Shown here: in pieces, positions 19,585 to 29,370 of the stretch
How positions within the stretch are numbered: the first letter of the stretch is position 1
Layout: every line of letters begins with the position of its first letter
Assembly: GCA_965232515.1 (NCBI GenBank)
Contig: CBDDPY010000002.1
Coordinates: 1,248,001-1,312,000, forward strand
Length of the DNA: 64,000 bases
Reading direction: 5' to 3'
DNA from: Alphaproteobacteria bacterium
Lineage (GTDB): Bacteria; Pseudomonadota; Alphaproteobacteria; GCA-2731375
The notes under the pieces: generated by a model
Databases searched by the model: none
What the model saw: the letters and a program-made list of their open reading frames with translations, nothing else
What the model was told of the DNA's origin: nothing
Made by a program: the position numbers and the translations under genes

Positions 19585-20181
19585 ATGGCGTTCATCGATA
19601 CCGTCGACGAGGCCGACGCGACCGGACCGGTCAAGGCCATGTACGACCAGATGCGGGCGACGTTCGGCTACCTGCCGAACATGACACGCGTGTTCAGCCA
19701 CCGGCCCGAGGTGAACGCGGCCTGGGTGCAACTGCTGACGCGGGTGCGCGGCGCCTCGTTGGACGCGCGCCGGTATGAGCTGGCGACCATGGCGGCGGCC
19801 CGCGCACTGGGCAGCTCCTATTGCATGCTGGCGCACGGCTCGGTGCTGCTGAACGGGATTTACGATGCCGGGCAGGTTCGGGCGATCGCCGAGGACTACC
19901 GCGACGCCGGGCTGGATGCGGCCGATGTTGCCATGATGGCCTTCGCCGAAAAGATTGCCCGCGACGCCACCTCGGTCTCCGCGTCCGATATCGCGGGCCT
20001 GCGCGAAAACGGCTTCAGCGATCCCGAGATCTTCGACATCGCCGCCACGGCCGCCGCGCGCTGCTTCTTCGGCAAGCTGCTGGACGCACTCGGTGCCGAA
20101 CCGGACATGCAATACGGCGAGCTCGACGATGACTTGCAGCGCGTCCTGACCGTCGGGCGGCCGATCAGCCAGTCGCCCTAA
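19585..20181 (+). CDS. Carboxymuconolactone decarboxylase / peroxidase-related (AhpD-like) protein
   Basis: FGYLPN, YELAT...SSYCMLAH motif. Confidence 0.85.
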   Translation: MAFIDTVDEADATGPVKAMYDQMRATFGYLPNMTRVFSHRPEVNAAWVQLLTRVRGASLDARRYELATMAAARALGSSYCMLAHGSVLLNGIYDAGQVRAIAEDYRDAGLDAADVAMMAFAEKIARDATSVSASDIAGLRENGFSDPEIFDIAATAAARCFFGKLLDALGAEPDMQYGELDDDLQRVLTVGRPISQSP

Positions 20182-20327
20182 GCGACGCAATCAGACCGGA
20201 CGACCGGCGGATTAGCCATTTCGTTGGCGCAAGGCAGCCATGCGTCTGGGCGGGGGCGCTGTATTTGGCCGCGGCCGATACAACCGCTAGACTCCTCGAA
20301 ACGAAGAACAACGACGGAGGAGACGGG

Positions 20328-21155
20328 ATGGGCCAGGCGATCGAGGTTCAGCCGCTGACGCCGGTCATCGGGGCGGAAGTGTCGGGGGTCGACCTTGGCG
20401 ATCTCGACGACGATGCGTTCGCGGCGCTGCGACGGGCCTTTCAGGACCACCAAGTACTGTTCTTCCGCGACCAGGACATCACGGTCGAGCAGCACAAGGC
20501 CTTCGGCCGCCGGCTGGGCGAGTTGCATGTCCATCCCGGCGTCACCAGACACGGCGTGCCGGAGCATCCCGAGATCCTGGTGATCCACGCCGACGACAAG
20601 ACCACCCGAACGGCCGGCGACAGCTGGCATTCCGACGTGAGCTGCGAGCCGGCGCCGCCGATGGCCAGCATCCTGAAGCTGCACGTCGTGCCGGAGACCG
20701 GCGGCGATACGCTGTTCTCGAGCATGTACGCGGCTTACGACGCGCTGTCGGACGCCATGAAACGTTATCTGGACGGGATGACGGCAACCCACGACGGCGG
20801 GCCGAACTATCGCGACCGCGCCGCGCGCACGGGCCACAACGATCCGGAGCGCGCCTATCCGCATGCCTCGCATCCCGTCGTGCGAACGCATCCCGAGACC
20901 GGCCGCAAGGCGCTGTTCGTGAACCAGGCCTTTACCACCCACATCGACGGCGTCGCCAAGGACGAGAGCGAGGCTGTTTTACGTTACCTGTTCGCGCATA
21001 TCGCCAAGCCGCAGTTCCAGTGCCGGTTCCGCTGGCGGCAGAACTCGGTGGCGATGTGGGACAACCGCTGCACGCAACATCACGCCATGTGGGACTACTA
21101 CCCCCAGACCCGCAGCGGCTATCGCGTCACCATATGCGGCGACCAACCCTATTGA
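20328..21155 (+). CDS. TauD/TfdA family Fe(II)/2-oxoglutarate dioxygenase
   Basis: WHSDVS, GGDTLF, HPVVRTHPETGRKALF, WDNRCTQH; RBS GGAGAG before ATG 20328. Confidence 0.93.
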   Translation: MGQAIEVQPLTPVIGAEVSGVDLGDLDDDAFAALRRAFQDHQVLFFRDQDITVEQHKAFGRRLGELHVHPGVTRHGVPEHPEILVIHADDKTTRTAGDSWHSDVSCEPAPPMASILKLHVVPETGGDTLFSSMYAAYDALSDAMKRYLDGMTATHDGGPNYRDRAARTGHNDPERAYPHASHPVVRTHPETGRKALFVNQAFTTHIDGVAKDESEAVLRYLFAHIAKPQFQCRFRWRQNSVAMWDNRCTQHHAMWDYYPQTRSGYRVTICGDQPY

Positions 21156-21177
21156 AGCAGCAGCGAGGGCGGCGGCG

Positions 21178-22029
21178 ATGAACCAGCAAGCCAGCGATCG
21201 AAACATTCACGTGCAGAAGGTGACGCCGGTGCTGGGCGCCGAGGTCCGCGGCGTCGATCTGGCCAAGGGCCTGAGCGAACGCGAGTTCACCGAGGTGCAC
21301 CGGGCGTTCCTGGACAACCAGGTGCTGTTCTTCAAGGAGCAGTCGCCGATGACGCCGGAGCGGCAGATCGAGATCGGCCGCATGTTCGGCGGCCTGCACG
21401 TGCATCCGGCGGCGCCGCATCTGGACGGCCATCCCGAAATCTTCGTGATCCATGCCCACAAGGACTCGAAGATCGCCAACGGCACGGGCTGGCATTCCGA
21501 CGTGAGCTGCGACGAGACGCCGCCGGCGGCGACGATGCTGCAGCTGCACCTGCTGCCGTCGAGCGGCGGCGACACCATGTTCGCCAGCATGTACGCGGCC
21601 TATGAGGCGCTGTCGGCGCCGATGCGGACGTTCCTGGAAGGCCTGACGGCGCAGCACGAGTCGGAGCATATCTATCGCGGCCGCTACGCCGACCGCGGCG
21701 TCGACGATTCCGGCCGGGTCTATCCGTCGGCCGTGCATCCGGTAATCCGCACGCACCCCGAGACCGGCCGCAAGGCGCTCTACGTCAACAGCGCCTTCAC
21801 CATGCGCATCAACGAATTGGCGCCGGACGAGAGCCGGGCGCTCTTGGACTATCTGTTCCGCCATGTCGAGCGGCCGCAATTCATGATCCGCTTCCGCTGG
21901 TCGGTGAACGACGTGGCGCTGTGGGACAACCGCTGCGTCCAGCACCAGGCGATCTGGGACTACTGGCCGGAGGAGCGCAAGGGGCACCGGGTGACGATCG
22001 AGGGCGACAGGCCGTATCTCGACGCCTGA
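21178..22029 (+). CDS. TauD/TfdA family dioxygenase (second tandem copy)
   Basis: WHSDVS, GGDTMF, WDNRCVQH. Confidence 0.93.
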   Translation: MNQQASDRNIHVQKVTPVLGAEVRGVDLAKGLSEREFTEVHRAFLDNQVLFFKEQSPMTPERQIEIGRMFGGLHVHPAAPHLDGHPEIFVIHAHKDSKIANGTGWHSDVSCDETPPAATMLQLHLLPSSGGDTMFASMYAAYEALSAPMRTFLEGLTAQHESEHIYRGRYADRGVDDSGRVYPSAVHPVIRTHPETGRKALYVNSAFTMRINELAPDESRALLDYLFRHVERPQFMIRFRWSVNDVALWDNRCVQHQAIWDYWPEERKGHRVTIEGDRPYLDA

Positions 22030-22086
22030 CTCAGGCCGCAACACAACAAGCAATCAAAAGAACGTCCAGAATGGGGAGGATCTGAC

Positions 22087-23091
22087 ATGCTGAGATCGAT
22101 GGCGCTGGCGGCCGCGGCTGCCGTGGGCGTGACGCTGGCCGCGAGCGGGTACGCGGCCGCCGAAACGGTGGCGCGGCTGTCGTTTCACTGGGGGCCGACG
22201 CATCCATCGGCCGTGCATGCGACCAAGTTCGCCGAGCGGGTGAACGAACGCCTGGAAGGCAAGCTGAAAATCGAGCTGTTCCCGGCCGGCCAGTTGTTCG
22301 GCATTCGCGAGATCATGGGCGCGGTCGCCGCCGGATCGGTCGAGATGGGCGGCGTCGTCGGCATCGTCAGCTTTCCGCCGATAAACCGGAACTACAACGT
22401 CACCGCCTTTCCCGGCTATTTTGAGAGCTTCGCGCAGCAGCGCGCCTTCTTCGAGAAAGACGCCGTCGGCAACAAGGTCTGGTCGAATATCCTCACCAAG
22501 ACCCGTTCGACGCTGATCGCCTACAACCCGGTCGGGCCGACGGCGATCTACAGCGCCGGCAGCGATTTGAAAACCGTGGAGTCGATGGCCGGGCTGAAGA
22601 CCCGCGTGCTGGTGAAGTCCGACCGGGCACGCTGGACCGCGCTCGATGTCGGCAAAATGGTCTCGCTGCCGACGCGCGAGGTCTATACCTCACTGCAGAA
22701 CGGCACCATCGACACCGTATCGACCGTACCGGCGGCGCTCAGGGCCTATTCCTGGTGGGAGTTCCTGAAAGCCGGGCAGCTGCCGTGGCTGACCTTCGCC
22801 GACGCCTACCTGATGGCCAACCAGTCCTGGTTCGACGGCCTGCCGGCCGATGTGCAGGCGGTGCTGCTGGAAGAGGGCGCACGGACCAGCCAGGAAGCGA
22901 CGGACTCGATCATGGCCGCGTCCATGGAGGCGAACGAACAGTTCAAGGCGCGCGGCGGCACGATTACGACTCTCGCCGGCGACGAACTCGCCAAGCTGCG
23001 CAAGCTGGAAGACGAGAAGGTCGAGCCGGCATTGGCCGAGCTGGTCGACACAGACGTCCTGGACGCCGTCAAGCGCCACGTCGGCCGCTAG
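22087..23091 (+). CDS. dctP: TRAP transporter substrate-binding protein
   Basis: Signal peptide, FPAGQL, GLKTR, EVYTSLQNGTID. Confidence 0.88.
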   Translation: MLRSMALAAAAAVGVTLAASGYAAAETVARLSFHWGPTHPSAVHATKFAERVNERLEGKLKIELFPAGQLFGIREIMGAVAAGSVEMGGVVGIVSFPPINRNYNVTAFPGYFESFAQQRAFFEKDAVGNKVWSNILTKTRSTLIAYNPVGPTAIYSAGSDLKTVESMAGLKTRVLVKSDRARWTALDVGKMVSLPTREVYTSLQNGTIDTVSTVPAALRAYSWWEFLKAGQLPWLTFADAYLMANQSWFDGLPADVQAVLLEEGARTSQEATDSIMAASMEANEQFKARGGTITTLAGDELAKLRKLEDEKVEPALAELVDTDVLDAVKRHVGR

Positions 23092-23116
23092 CCGAACGCC
23101 CGCCGGGGCAACCGCC

Positions 23117-23623
23117 GTGCTGGGCGCGGTGCACGACGCGCTGCGGCGCGTCAACGACGTCATCGCGGTCGTGGCGATGGCGATCGCCATGACGGTGGTG
23201 GGCTTCGCCGTGCTGGCCGTGCTGGCCGGCGCCATCGAGCGGCACACCACCGGCATGGGCTATGCCTGGATGAACGACCTGCCGCCGTTCCTGATGCCGT
23301 GGTGTGTGTTTCCGCTGCTGGGCGTGCTGCTGCGGCGCGAGCGGCATATCGTCGTCGAGGTGGCGCCGTCGCTGCTGACGGGCGGGCGGCTGCGGCTGCT
23401 GCGGATCGTGGTGGCGACGATCTGCCTGCTGACCGGCATCGCCTTCTGCATCGCCGGCATCGAAGCCGTGAGCTTCTTCCAGATGCTGGGCGAGATCACC
23501 GAGACCGAGATCGAGATCCCGTTCTGGTGGCTCTATGCCGCGTTTCCCGTCGGCTTCGGCCTGTTCGCCCTGTTCGCGCTGGAGATGCTGCTGCGCGAGC
23601 TGACCCGGGACGCGATGCCGTGA
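23117..23623 (+). CDS. dctQ: TRAP transporter small permease
   Basis: Four TM segments, RHIVVE, IPFWWLYAAFPVG; GTG start approximate. Confidence 0.8.
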   Translation: MLGAVHDALRRVNDVIAVVAMAIAMTVVGFAVLAVLAGAIERHTTGMGYAWMNDLPPFLMPWCVFPLLGVLLRRERHIVVEVAPSLLTGGRLRLLRIVVATICLLTGIAFCIAGIEAVSFFQMLGEITETEIEIPFWWLYAAFPVGFGLFALFALEMLLRELTRDAMP

Positions 23624-24885
23624 TCTGGCCGGCCAGCCTGCTGTCGCTGATCCTGCTGCTGCTGGCGGTGCCGATCTTCCTTGTGTTCGGCATCGGCAGC
23701 AGCCTGGTCGCGACGGTCGGCCTGAACCTGCCGTGGAGCACGCTGTTGCAGGTCTCGTTCGGCGCCATCACCAAGCATGTGCTGCTGGCGATCCCGCTGT
23801 TCATCTTCGCCGGCCTGGTGATGCTGCGGGCCGGCGTCGCCCGGCGCCTGGTCGACTTCTGCATCACGCTGGTCGGCCATTGGCCCGGCGGGCTCGGCAT
23901 CGCCATGGTCCTGGCCATGGGCTTCTTCGCCGCCTTCTGCGGCTCGATCCTGGCGGCGATCACGGCGGTCGGCTCGATCCTGATGCCGACCATGGTCGAG
24001 CGCGGCTATCCGAAGCCGTTCGTGGTCGTGCTGGCGGCGACGGCGGGGCTGCTGGAAGGCCTGATCCCGCCCAGCAACGCGGCCATCATCTTCTCGGCCC
24101 TAACCCAGGTGCCGGTGTCGAAAACCTTCGCGGCCGGCATGCTGCCGGGCTTGGTGTTCATGGCGCTGCTGATCGTTTTCGTGCTGTGGTCGTGCCGGCA
24201 CATGCCGCGCGACCGGAGGGCCGGCTGGGCCGAGCGCTGGCGCGCCTTCGTGGTCGCGATCCCGGGCCTGCTGACGCCGGTGATCATCCTGGGCGGCATC
24301 TATGCCGGCCTGTTGACGCCGTCGGAGGCGGCGAGCGTGGCGTCGGCCTGGGCTGTCCTCTTGGGCTTTTTCGTCTACCGCGAGCTGACCTGGCGCGGCC
24401 TGCTGGAGGCCCTGCAGGCGACCGCGGTGACGACGACGGTGATCTTCGCAATCATCGCCATGGCGACCTTCCTGTCGGTGATCCTGACCTATACGCGGGC
24501 GCCGCAGGGCATCGTCGAATACTTCACCGAATTCGGCGTGACGCCGCTGACCTTCCTGCTGATGGTCGGCGTGATCTGCCTAATCCTCGGCACCTTCATC
24601 GAGGCAGTGCCAGTGTTCTACCTGACGATCCCAGTGTTCTACGGCGTCGTCATCGCGCTCGATATCGAGATGACGCACTTCTATATCGTCTTCGGCGCCT
24701 TCGTCGGCCTGGGCCTGCTGACGCCGCCGGTCTGCGTCGGGGTCTACACGGCCGCCGCCGTGATCAAGGAAGCGCCCGAACGCGCCTTCCGCGCCGTCCC
24801 CGGCTTCTTCGCCGTCGGCCTGGTCTACGCCGCCATCATGATCGCCTTCCCCTGGTTCGCCACCTGGCTGCCGAGCAAGTTGTAG
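23620..24885 (+). CDS. dctM: TRAP transporter large permease
   Basis: LLAIPLFIFAG, LIPPS, TPSEA, GLLTPPV; GTG start overlaps the dctQ stop. Confidence 0.9.
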   Translation: MIWPASLLSLILLLLAVPIFLVFGIGSSLVATVGLNLPWSTLLQVSFGAITKHVLLAIPLFIFAGLVMLRAGVARRLVDFCITLVGHWPGGLGIAMVLAMGFFAAFCGSILAAITAVGSILMPTMVERGYPKPFVVVLAATAGLLEGLIPPSNAAIIFSALTQVPVSKTFAAGMLPGLVFMALLIVFVLWSCRHMPRDRRAGWAERWRAFVVAIPGLLTPVIILGGIYAGLLTPSEAASVASAWAVLLGFFVYRELTWRGLLEALQATAVTTTVIFAIIAMATFLSVILTYTRAPQGIVEYFTEFGVTPLTFLLMVGVICLILGTFIEAVPVFYLTIPVFYGVVIALDIEMTHFYIVFGAFVGLGLLTPPVCVGVYTAAAVIKEAPERAFRAVPGFFAVGLVYAAIMIAFPWFATWLPSKL

Positions 24886-24910
24886 CGGCTTATGGTTCGA
24901 CGGGGACAGC

Positions 24911-24952
24911 GAGCCCGACAGGGATCGAACCCGTGGCGACCCGGAATAGAGT
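24911..24952 (-). repeat. Partial copy of the tRNA-Lys 3' half (att-like remnant)
   Basis: GAGCCCGACAGGGATCGAACC (24911-24931) is identical to 30447-30467, then degenerate similarity up to the anticodon arm. Confidence 0.85.
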
Positions 24953-24960
24953 GACCAGAC

Positions 24961-25009
24961 TACGGGGACAGTACATTGAACGCGCAATTTAGTGCACTGT
25001 CACCGTAAT
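24961..25009. repeat. REP-like hairpin (TACGG-GACAGT-CA-T ... AGTGCACTGTCACCGTAAT family)
   Basis: Imperfect inverted repeat TACGGGGACAGTACATT / AGTGCACTGTCACCGTA; related arms at 27593 and 29371. Confidence 0.7.
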
Positions 25010-25485
25010 GCCACGCGATGCGTTGGAGGATCAGTAGACCTTGGCGCGGCGGCTACGGTCGCCGTTTTGCTTTCGGCTTGTGAGCCAGCGCGACGCACCG
25101 GGTTTGCCCTCGCTACTACTATCGCAACCGTCGTGCCGGCGGTCCGCGAACACGTCGACCAACTGCGCCCGGGTCGGCAGCAATTGGCCGACGAATACCT
25201 GAACCGCGTCGACCAACTGCAAAGATTCCTACTTACAGAGGCTGACCGCGTCGGCGATCTGCGATGCAACGTGTCCTATCGCGCGTTGGCGCGCTGGTGC
25301 CTAGCAAAGCCGGCGCATGCCGAAATTTGCAACCGTGCCTGCTGCCTGTCAGTCACGCCCGGCGCGACTACGAAAATCCCGCAGCGGCTGCCGCCTGATA
25401 GCTAGTGTCGCTAGTCAGAATTGACTTTCTCGCGCACCGGGTGTGGCATAGTGACGAGCGCAATTATCAACGGCCTTAAAAGACC

Positions 25486-26324
25486 ATGGAGAATCATCAC
25501 AATTGTTCAGCAGACGACCGTCACTGCGGCAACAAGCCGCCGGAAGATCGATCGAAACGCGCCGTAATTGTTGACGTGTTCAATATCGTCGCATCCAACT
25601 TCGTTTAAATTTTGTCAAGCAAGTTTCTAATAATTACAGGAAGCGGAATTTTTTTCTCTTTTATTTATTATTTTTGTTTTAATATTTACTGCTGAGTGTA
25701 TTCAAAATAGACTTTATCGATTATGCCAGTTCGGGGTTTTTTATCTTCATTTGGTGCAATCGCCTCCATACTGAAGAGCTGGTTACTTACTATATTTATA
25801 TTGTCATATTTTTTTGGGTTATTATTAGGCTCAGTAGCGATAAGTATTGTGGATTCTGTCATACAACGTGATTTAAAGAATCTTGATCCTGAAGACGAGA
25901 ATGAAAAAGCCGATTTAATTTCGAAGCAAAAAGATTTTGCAAAAAAAGAACCACTATTTATGCTCTGTCAATTATGTTATTCCTAGTTATTACGTTCTGT
26001 TTGAATGTGGCAGCACGCAACGCTTCAAGTGAAATTATCTGTAGTTCGGACAGTGTTCAAATGAGTTTAATAAGTCCAAATTCCGACATTGGTGATTTAA
26101 ATGGTATCTGGAAAGAAGATCAAAAACTTGAATATACGCTACATTATATAAGTCGAACTGGCTCGACGTATTTTCTAGCAAAGGTAGCTCGACTCCCAGA
26201 TGCGCCCTGCGAGGAATTTTCTTTTCAGGGCCGCTTAGTGCCTGCTCAATGGGTTGTTATTGAAACTTCAGTACAGAATTCGGCCCCAGGCGTGCCATTA
26301 CAACTTAATCCACTATTCGACTGA
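25486..26324 (+). pseudogene. Decayed low-GC membrane protein gene
   Basis: ATG 25486 is in frame with track ORF 25723 but interrupted by TAA, TGA and TAG; probable frameshift near 25975 into ORF 25974-26324; hydrophobic segments; AT-rich. Confidence 0.55.
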
Positions 26325-26795
26325 AAATCTTCTTTCGCCCGGAGTTTCAGTGGAATGATCTCTTGTTGGCACGTAGAACCGCATTGCGAAGGCTGGCACC
26401 TATCAGACTATCGTCTCGGGAGTCACGTACCCGCATGTGGTGCGGACCGACTGCGTAAAGTCATCGGTCGTCGATGACGGTTCTTGAAAAGCCCGACCCG
26501 GGCGGGCCATTGGGCGCCTCAACGCAGCACTCAGATGTCTCAGCTCAGGCACAACTAGAACCCAGCAGCTCGATGGCTGGATCAAGTGCGGATGGTCGGT
26601 GAAGGAATCTGCCGCGAATTAAGAACAACTCCGTGCAACTCACGACATATGCGCATCCGAGTAGGCCCCTGTATCCTGGGCTGTAGGCTTGGCGCACCTT
26701 TCGGCTGTAAATCCACCCACTTCAGCACGCTAGCGAGGCGTGCATTTCTATGCATAATGACACTATCTCTATCATAGTTATTAAGGAGCGCAAAT

Positions 26796-27251
26796 ATGAG
26801 TACTCCAAAGGGTATTGTTGAACTGGACGCAGATGATCTAAAGCCTCTCGCATTTAGACCGGAAGACTTTGAAATTCCCCAAGGAGTGATAAAGGGTTGG
26901 GGGCGAATAGGCAATAATACTGGAGAGAAGTTGGCCGTGTATGGCCCTAAACACCCAAACGACAGTTCAAGTTTCGATAACAGTCTATACTTGCTACCAA
27001 ATGGTTATTGGACGCCAGATAATTGGGATTGTGATGGATTCTATGTGCCTAACGATAGAATCGCCGACCAACGACTAAGTGACGTAAACGGCCCACTTGC
27101 AATTAAGTATACGGATGCGCACCCACCTGTCTTAATACAAAAATCTTCGTCGAATGCCTATAGGTGCCACGACAATTTCGGGGCATTCCGGCCAGGCCAA
27201 ATAAACTGGCCTATCCCCAACGTCCCACAGTCCGTCATAGAGAATCAGTAG
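26796..27251 (+). CDS. Hypothetical low-GC protein
   Basis: Intact 151-aa ORF with strong RBS TAAGGAG; DNSLYLLPNGYWTPDNWDCDGF motif; no family recognised. Confidence 0.75.
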   Translation: MSTPKGIVELDADDLKPLAFRPEDFEIPQGVIKGWGRIGNNTGEKLAVYGPKHPNDSSSFDNSLYLLPNGYWTPDNWDCDGFYVPNDRIADQRLSDVNGPLAIKYTDAHPPVLIQKSSSNAYRCHDNFGAFRPGQINWPIPNVPQSVIENQ

Positions 27252-27391
27252 CCGTAGAATTCTTGAGCAGTGGGGGTCGCTCAGGAACTACGTGCTGATC
27301 GCCTGTTACAGAATTGACTTTCCGTGAAAGGCAACGAGGGTAAGTGGGGACTGGAGAGTCAGAAATCCAACTTCGGATCTAGAGCGGGAAT

Positions 27392-27580
27392 CTAGATGCT
27401 ACCCGAGCATCGTTGAGAACATAGGCCTTTGTTCGACACTATCTTCCCGCGATAGGTCACGGTCACATCGCAGCCGTGGCCACCGCAGGTCTTGCAGTCG
27501 ACGTAGCGATCAACCTGGTTGATGGCCATATTGCCGCCTAGCCGCTTGATCAGTGCCTCTCGATCGAGGAACGGCATCAT
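27392..27580 (-). pseudogene. Small Zn-ribbon protein remnant
   Basis: LDREALIKRLG...CKTCGGHG; a possible first Cys pair (SVHCH..C) lies upstream across a frameshift. Confidence 0.35.
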
Positions 27581-27592
27581 GTTGAGGCACGT

Positions 27593-27613
27593 TTACGATG
27601 ACAGTGCACTGAA
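27593..27613. repeat. REP-like left arm
   Basis: TTACGATGACAGTGCACT is a 17/18 reverse-complement match to 24991-25008. Confidence 0.65.
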
Positions 27614-27645
27614 TATTGGCGCACCATAATTCGGCGAGAAGCCGG

Positions 27646-27721
27646 TGGTGAGCCCGGCAGGGGCCGAACCTGTGGCGACCCGCTCAACAGTCGGGTGCTC
27701 TGCCAACTGAGCCATGGCTTG
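27646..27721 (-). pseudogene. Near full-length degenerate copy of tRNA-Lys
   Basis: Ungapped 59/76 identity to 30443-30518; retains CCA, D-arm and most of T-arm; acceptor stem unpaired; anticodon reads GTT. Confidence 0.85.
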
Positions 27722-27822
27722 ACTTGCGTATTTTCTGCATGGGAGCCTTGACGGCAGGCGTCGTCGGAAAGCGGCTCCACGAAGACGGGTCGTCCCCGAG
27801 CGACGCATCGGGGAGGAGAACC

Positions 27823-28377
27823 GTGAAAACGTCACGCGCGATCGGCGTGCTCTGCGCCGTCGTATTGCTTGGCCTGACCGTTGCCGGACCGGCCGATGCG
27901 ATGTTCCTCACGCGCTTCAAGGCGAACAGCGCGGATCTGAGTTTCTCGGGAAAAATCGAGTTCAGCGGCCCCACCACGGCCACCGGCCAGGTGACGTCGT
28001 TCGACGTAAGCGGCATGACATTCGGTCACGAATGGACGTGCTCGGGTCTGAATTGCCTACAGTTAGCGGAATGGGAAATTCTGCCGGGCGGGGAACTCGA
28101 CCAGCTATTCTTCCGCACAATCGAGTTTCCGACCCAAACGGTGGGCGTGGATGTCGATCTGCTGTTCGATTTGTTTGGCTCATCGATAAGCGAGTGCGAA
28201 GACTTCCTGTCTTCTCGTTGTCCAATCACCGACCTCATTTTGTTTCGTAGCCAGGCATTCGCCCCGCGTTCGTTTGCGACCGTGCCCGAGCCGACCGGGC
28301 TCGTCCTGTTCACAACCGGGATGGTGGGTCTGCTGGTGTTTGGCGGGCGACGCCGCAAAGGATTGGCAACGCGCTAG
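27823..28377 (+). CDS. PEP-CTERM sorting domain protein
   Basis: RBS GGAGGAG + GTG 27823, signal peptide ending ADA, C-terminal VPEPTGLVLFTTGMVGLLVFGGRRRK. Confidence 0.88.
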   Translation: MKTSRAIGVLCAVVLLGLTVAGPADAMFLTRFKANSADLSFSGKIEFSGPTTATGQVTSFDVSGMTFGHEWTCSGLNCLQLAEWEILPGGELDQLFFRTIEFPTQTVGVDVDLLFDLFGSSISECEDFLSSRCPITDLILFRSQAFAPRSFATVPEPTGLVLFTTGMVGLLVFGGRRRKGLATR

Positions 28378-29370
28378 GTCGTGTACTCATTAAGGGCGAA
28401 GTTTGCTCTCAATCGGTCACCGGACATATGTGGCGCGGCGGGCGACGTCTCGGTTGCGGACAAGGCGGCTGGTCAAGGTGGGGATCCGCTGGCGGATAGG
28501 TTTGTGCAGGCCGGAAGCGTTTGGTTGTCATGAAGACCAGCCCAATCATAAAGACCGATCGTCTTCTTCTGCGCGCGCCCATACTCGGAGACTGGCCCAG
28601 TTTCGCAGCGGTGATGACATCAGATCGGGCAAAGTACATGGGCGGACCGTTTTCAATCGGGCACGCGTGGGGCGCCTTTTGCCATGGGGTCGCGCAATGG
28701 CAGCTTTTTGGCGTTGGTAATCTGTCAATTGAGCTTCGAGAGACCAAACAATGCCTGGGGCAAATTGAGATCAACCAAGGCCCACTTTTTCCGGAACCAG
28801 AACTTGGTTGGCAGCTGACATCTGAGGCCGAAGGCAAAGGGTATGCGTTCGAGGCCGCCATGGCGCTGCGCGATTGGGCCTTTCAAGATCGCAAACTGAA
28901 AACGCTGGTGAGTTACATCGATCCGGACAACGCGCGCTCGATCCGTCTCGCTGAACGCCTTGGTGCGACGATTGACGACCATGCTCGTAAGCAGGACCCG
29001 GATGATCTGGTCTATCGACATGTTTCGGGAAGTCTGCAAGGGGCTCATTTGAGACGATCGGCCTGCTGAGCGAAGGTCGGGTTCTAACGGGGAAGCGGAT
29101 GGCCGACCAGGCATATGACGCGGATGCAATCAGGAAGCTCGTATCGTCACAAGGGTCTGGGCGAACATCCCGTCGCGACGCAACCGCCGAAACCCGATCT
29201 GCTTCAGCGCGTATCTCTATCGGGATCGCAACCCGGTCGAACGGTTCTTCAACACGATCAAGCACTGCCGCCGCATCGCAACGCGGTATGATAAGCGGGC
29301 GGCCAACTTCCTCGCCTTCATCAAGCTCGCAGCGATCCGGTTGTGGCTCAGCGCTTATGAGTCCACGGCC
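28377..29370. mobile_element. Non-autonomous IS5-family (IS427-like) derivative carrying a GNAT gene
   Basis: Terminal IRs GGTCGTGTACTCAT (28377-28390) and ATGAGTCCACGGCC (29357-29370), 12/14 match; flanks TA and TG; transposase C-terminal remnant inside. Confidence 0.75.
28530..29069 (+). CDS. GNAT family N-acetyltransferase (RimJ/RimL-like)
   Basis: IKTDRLLLR, PELGWQL...EGKGYAFEAA, YIDPDNARSIRLAERLG. Confidence 0.9.
   Translation: MKTSPIIKTDRLLLRAPILGDWPSFAAVMTSDRAKYMGGPFSIGHAWGAFCHGVAQWQLFGVGNLSIELRETKQCLGQIEINQGPLFPEPELGWQLTSEAEGKGYAFEAAMALRDWAFQDRKLKTLVSYIDPDNARSIRLAERLGATIDDHARKQDPDDLVYRHVSGSLQGAHLRRSAC

Noticed and set aside
24992-25405. 137-aa ORF with a lipobox-like LSAC and an internal 14-bp repeat (CGTCGACCAACTGC at 25153 and 25207)
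   Set aside because: The start lies inside the REP hairpin and there is no convincing signal peptide start; at most a gene remnant
27646-27721. A functional tRNA-Asn(GTT)
   Set aside because: The acceptor stem cannot pair, the T-loop is altered and the anticodon stem has a mismatch
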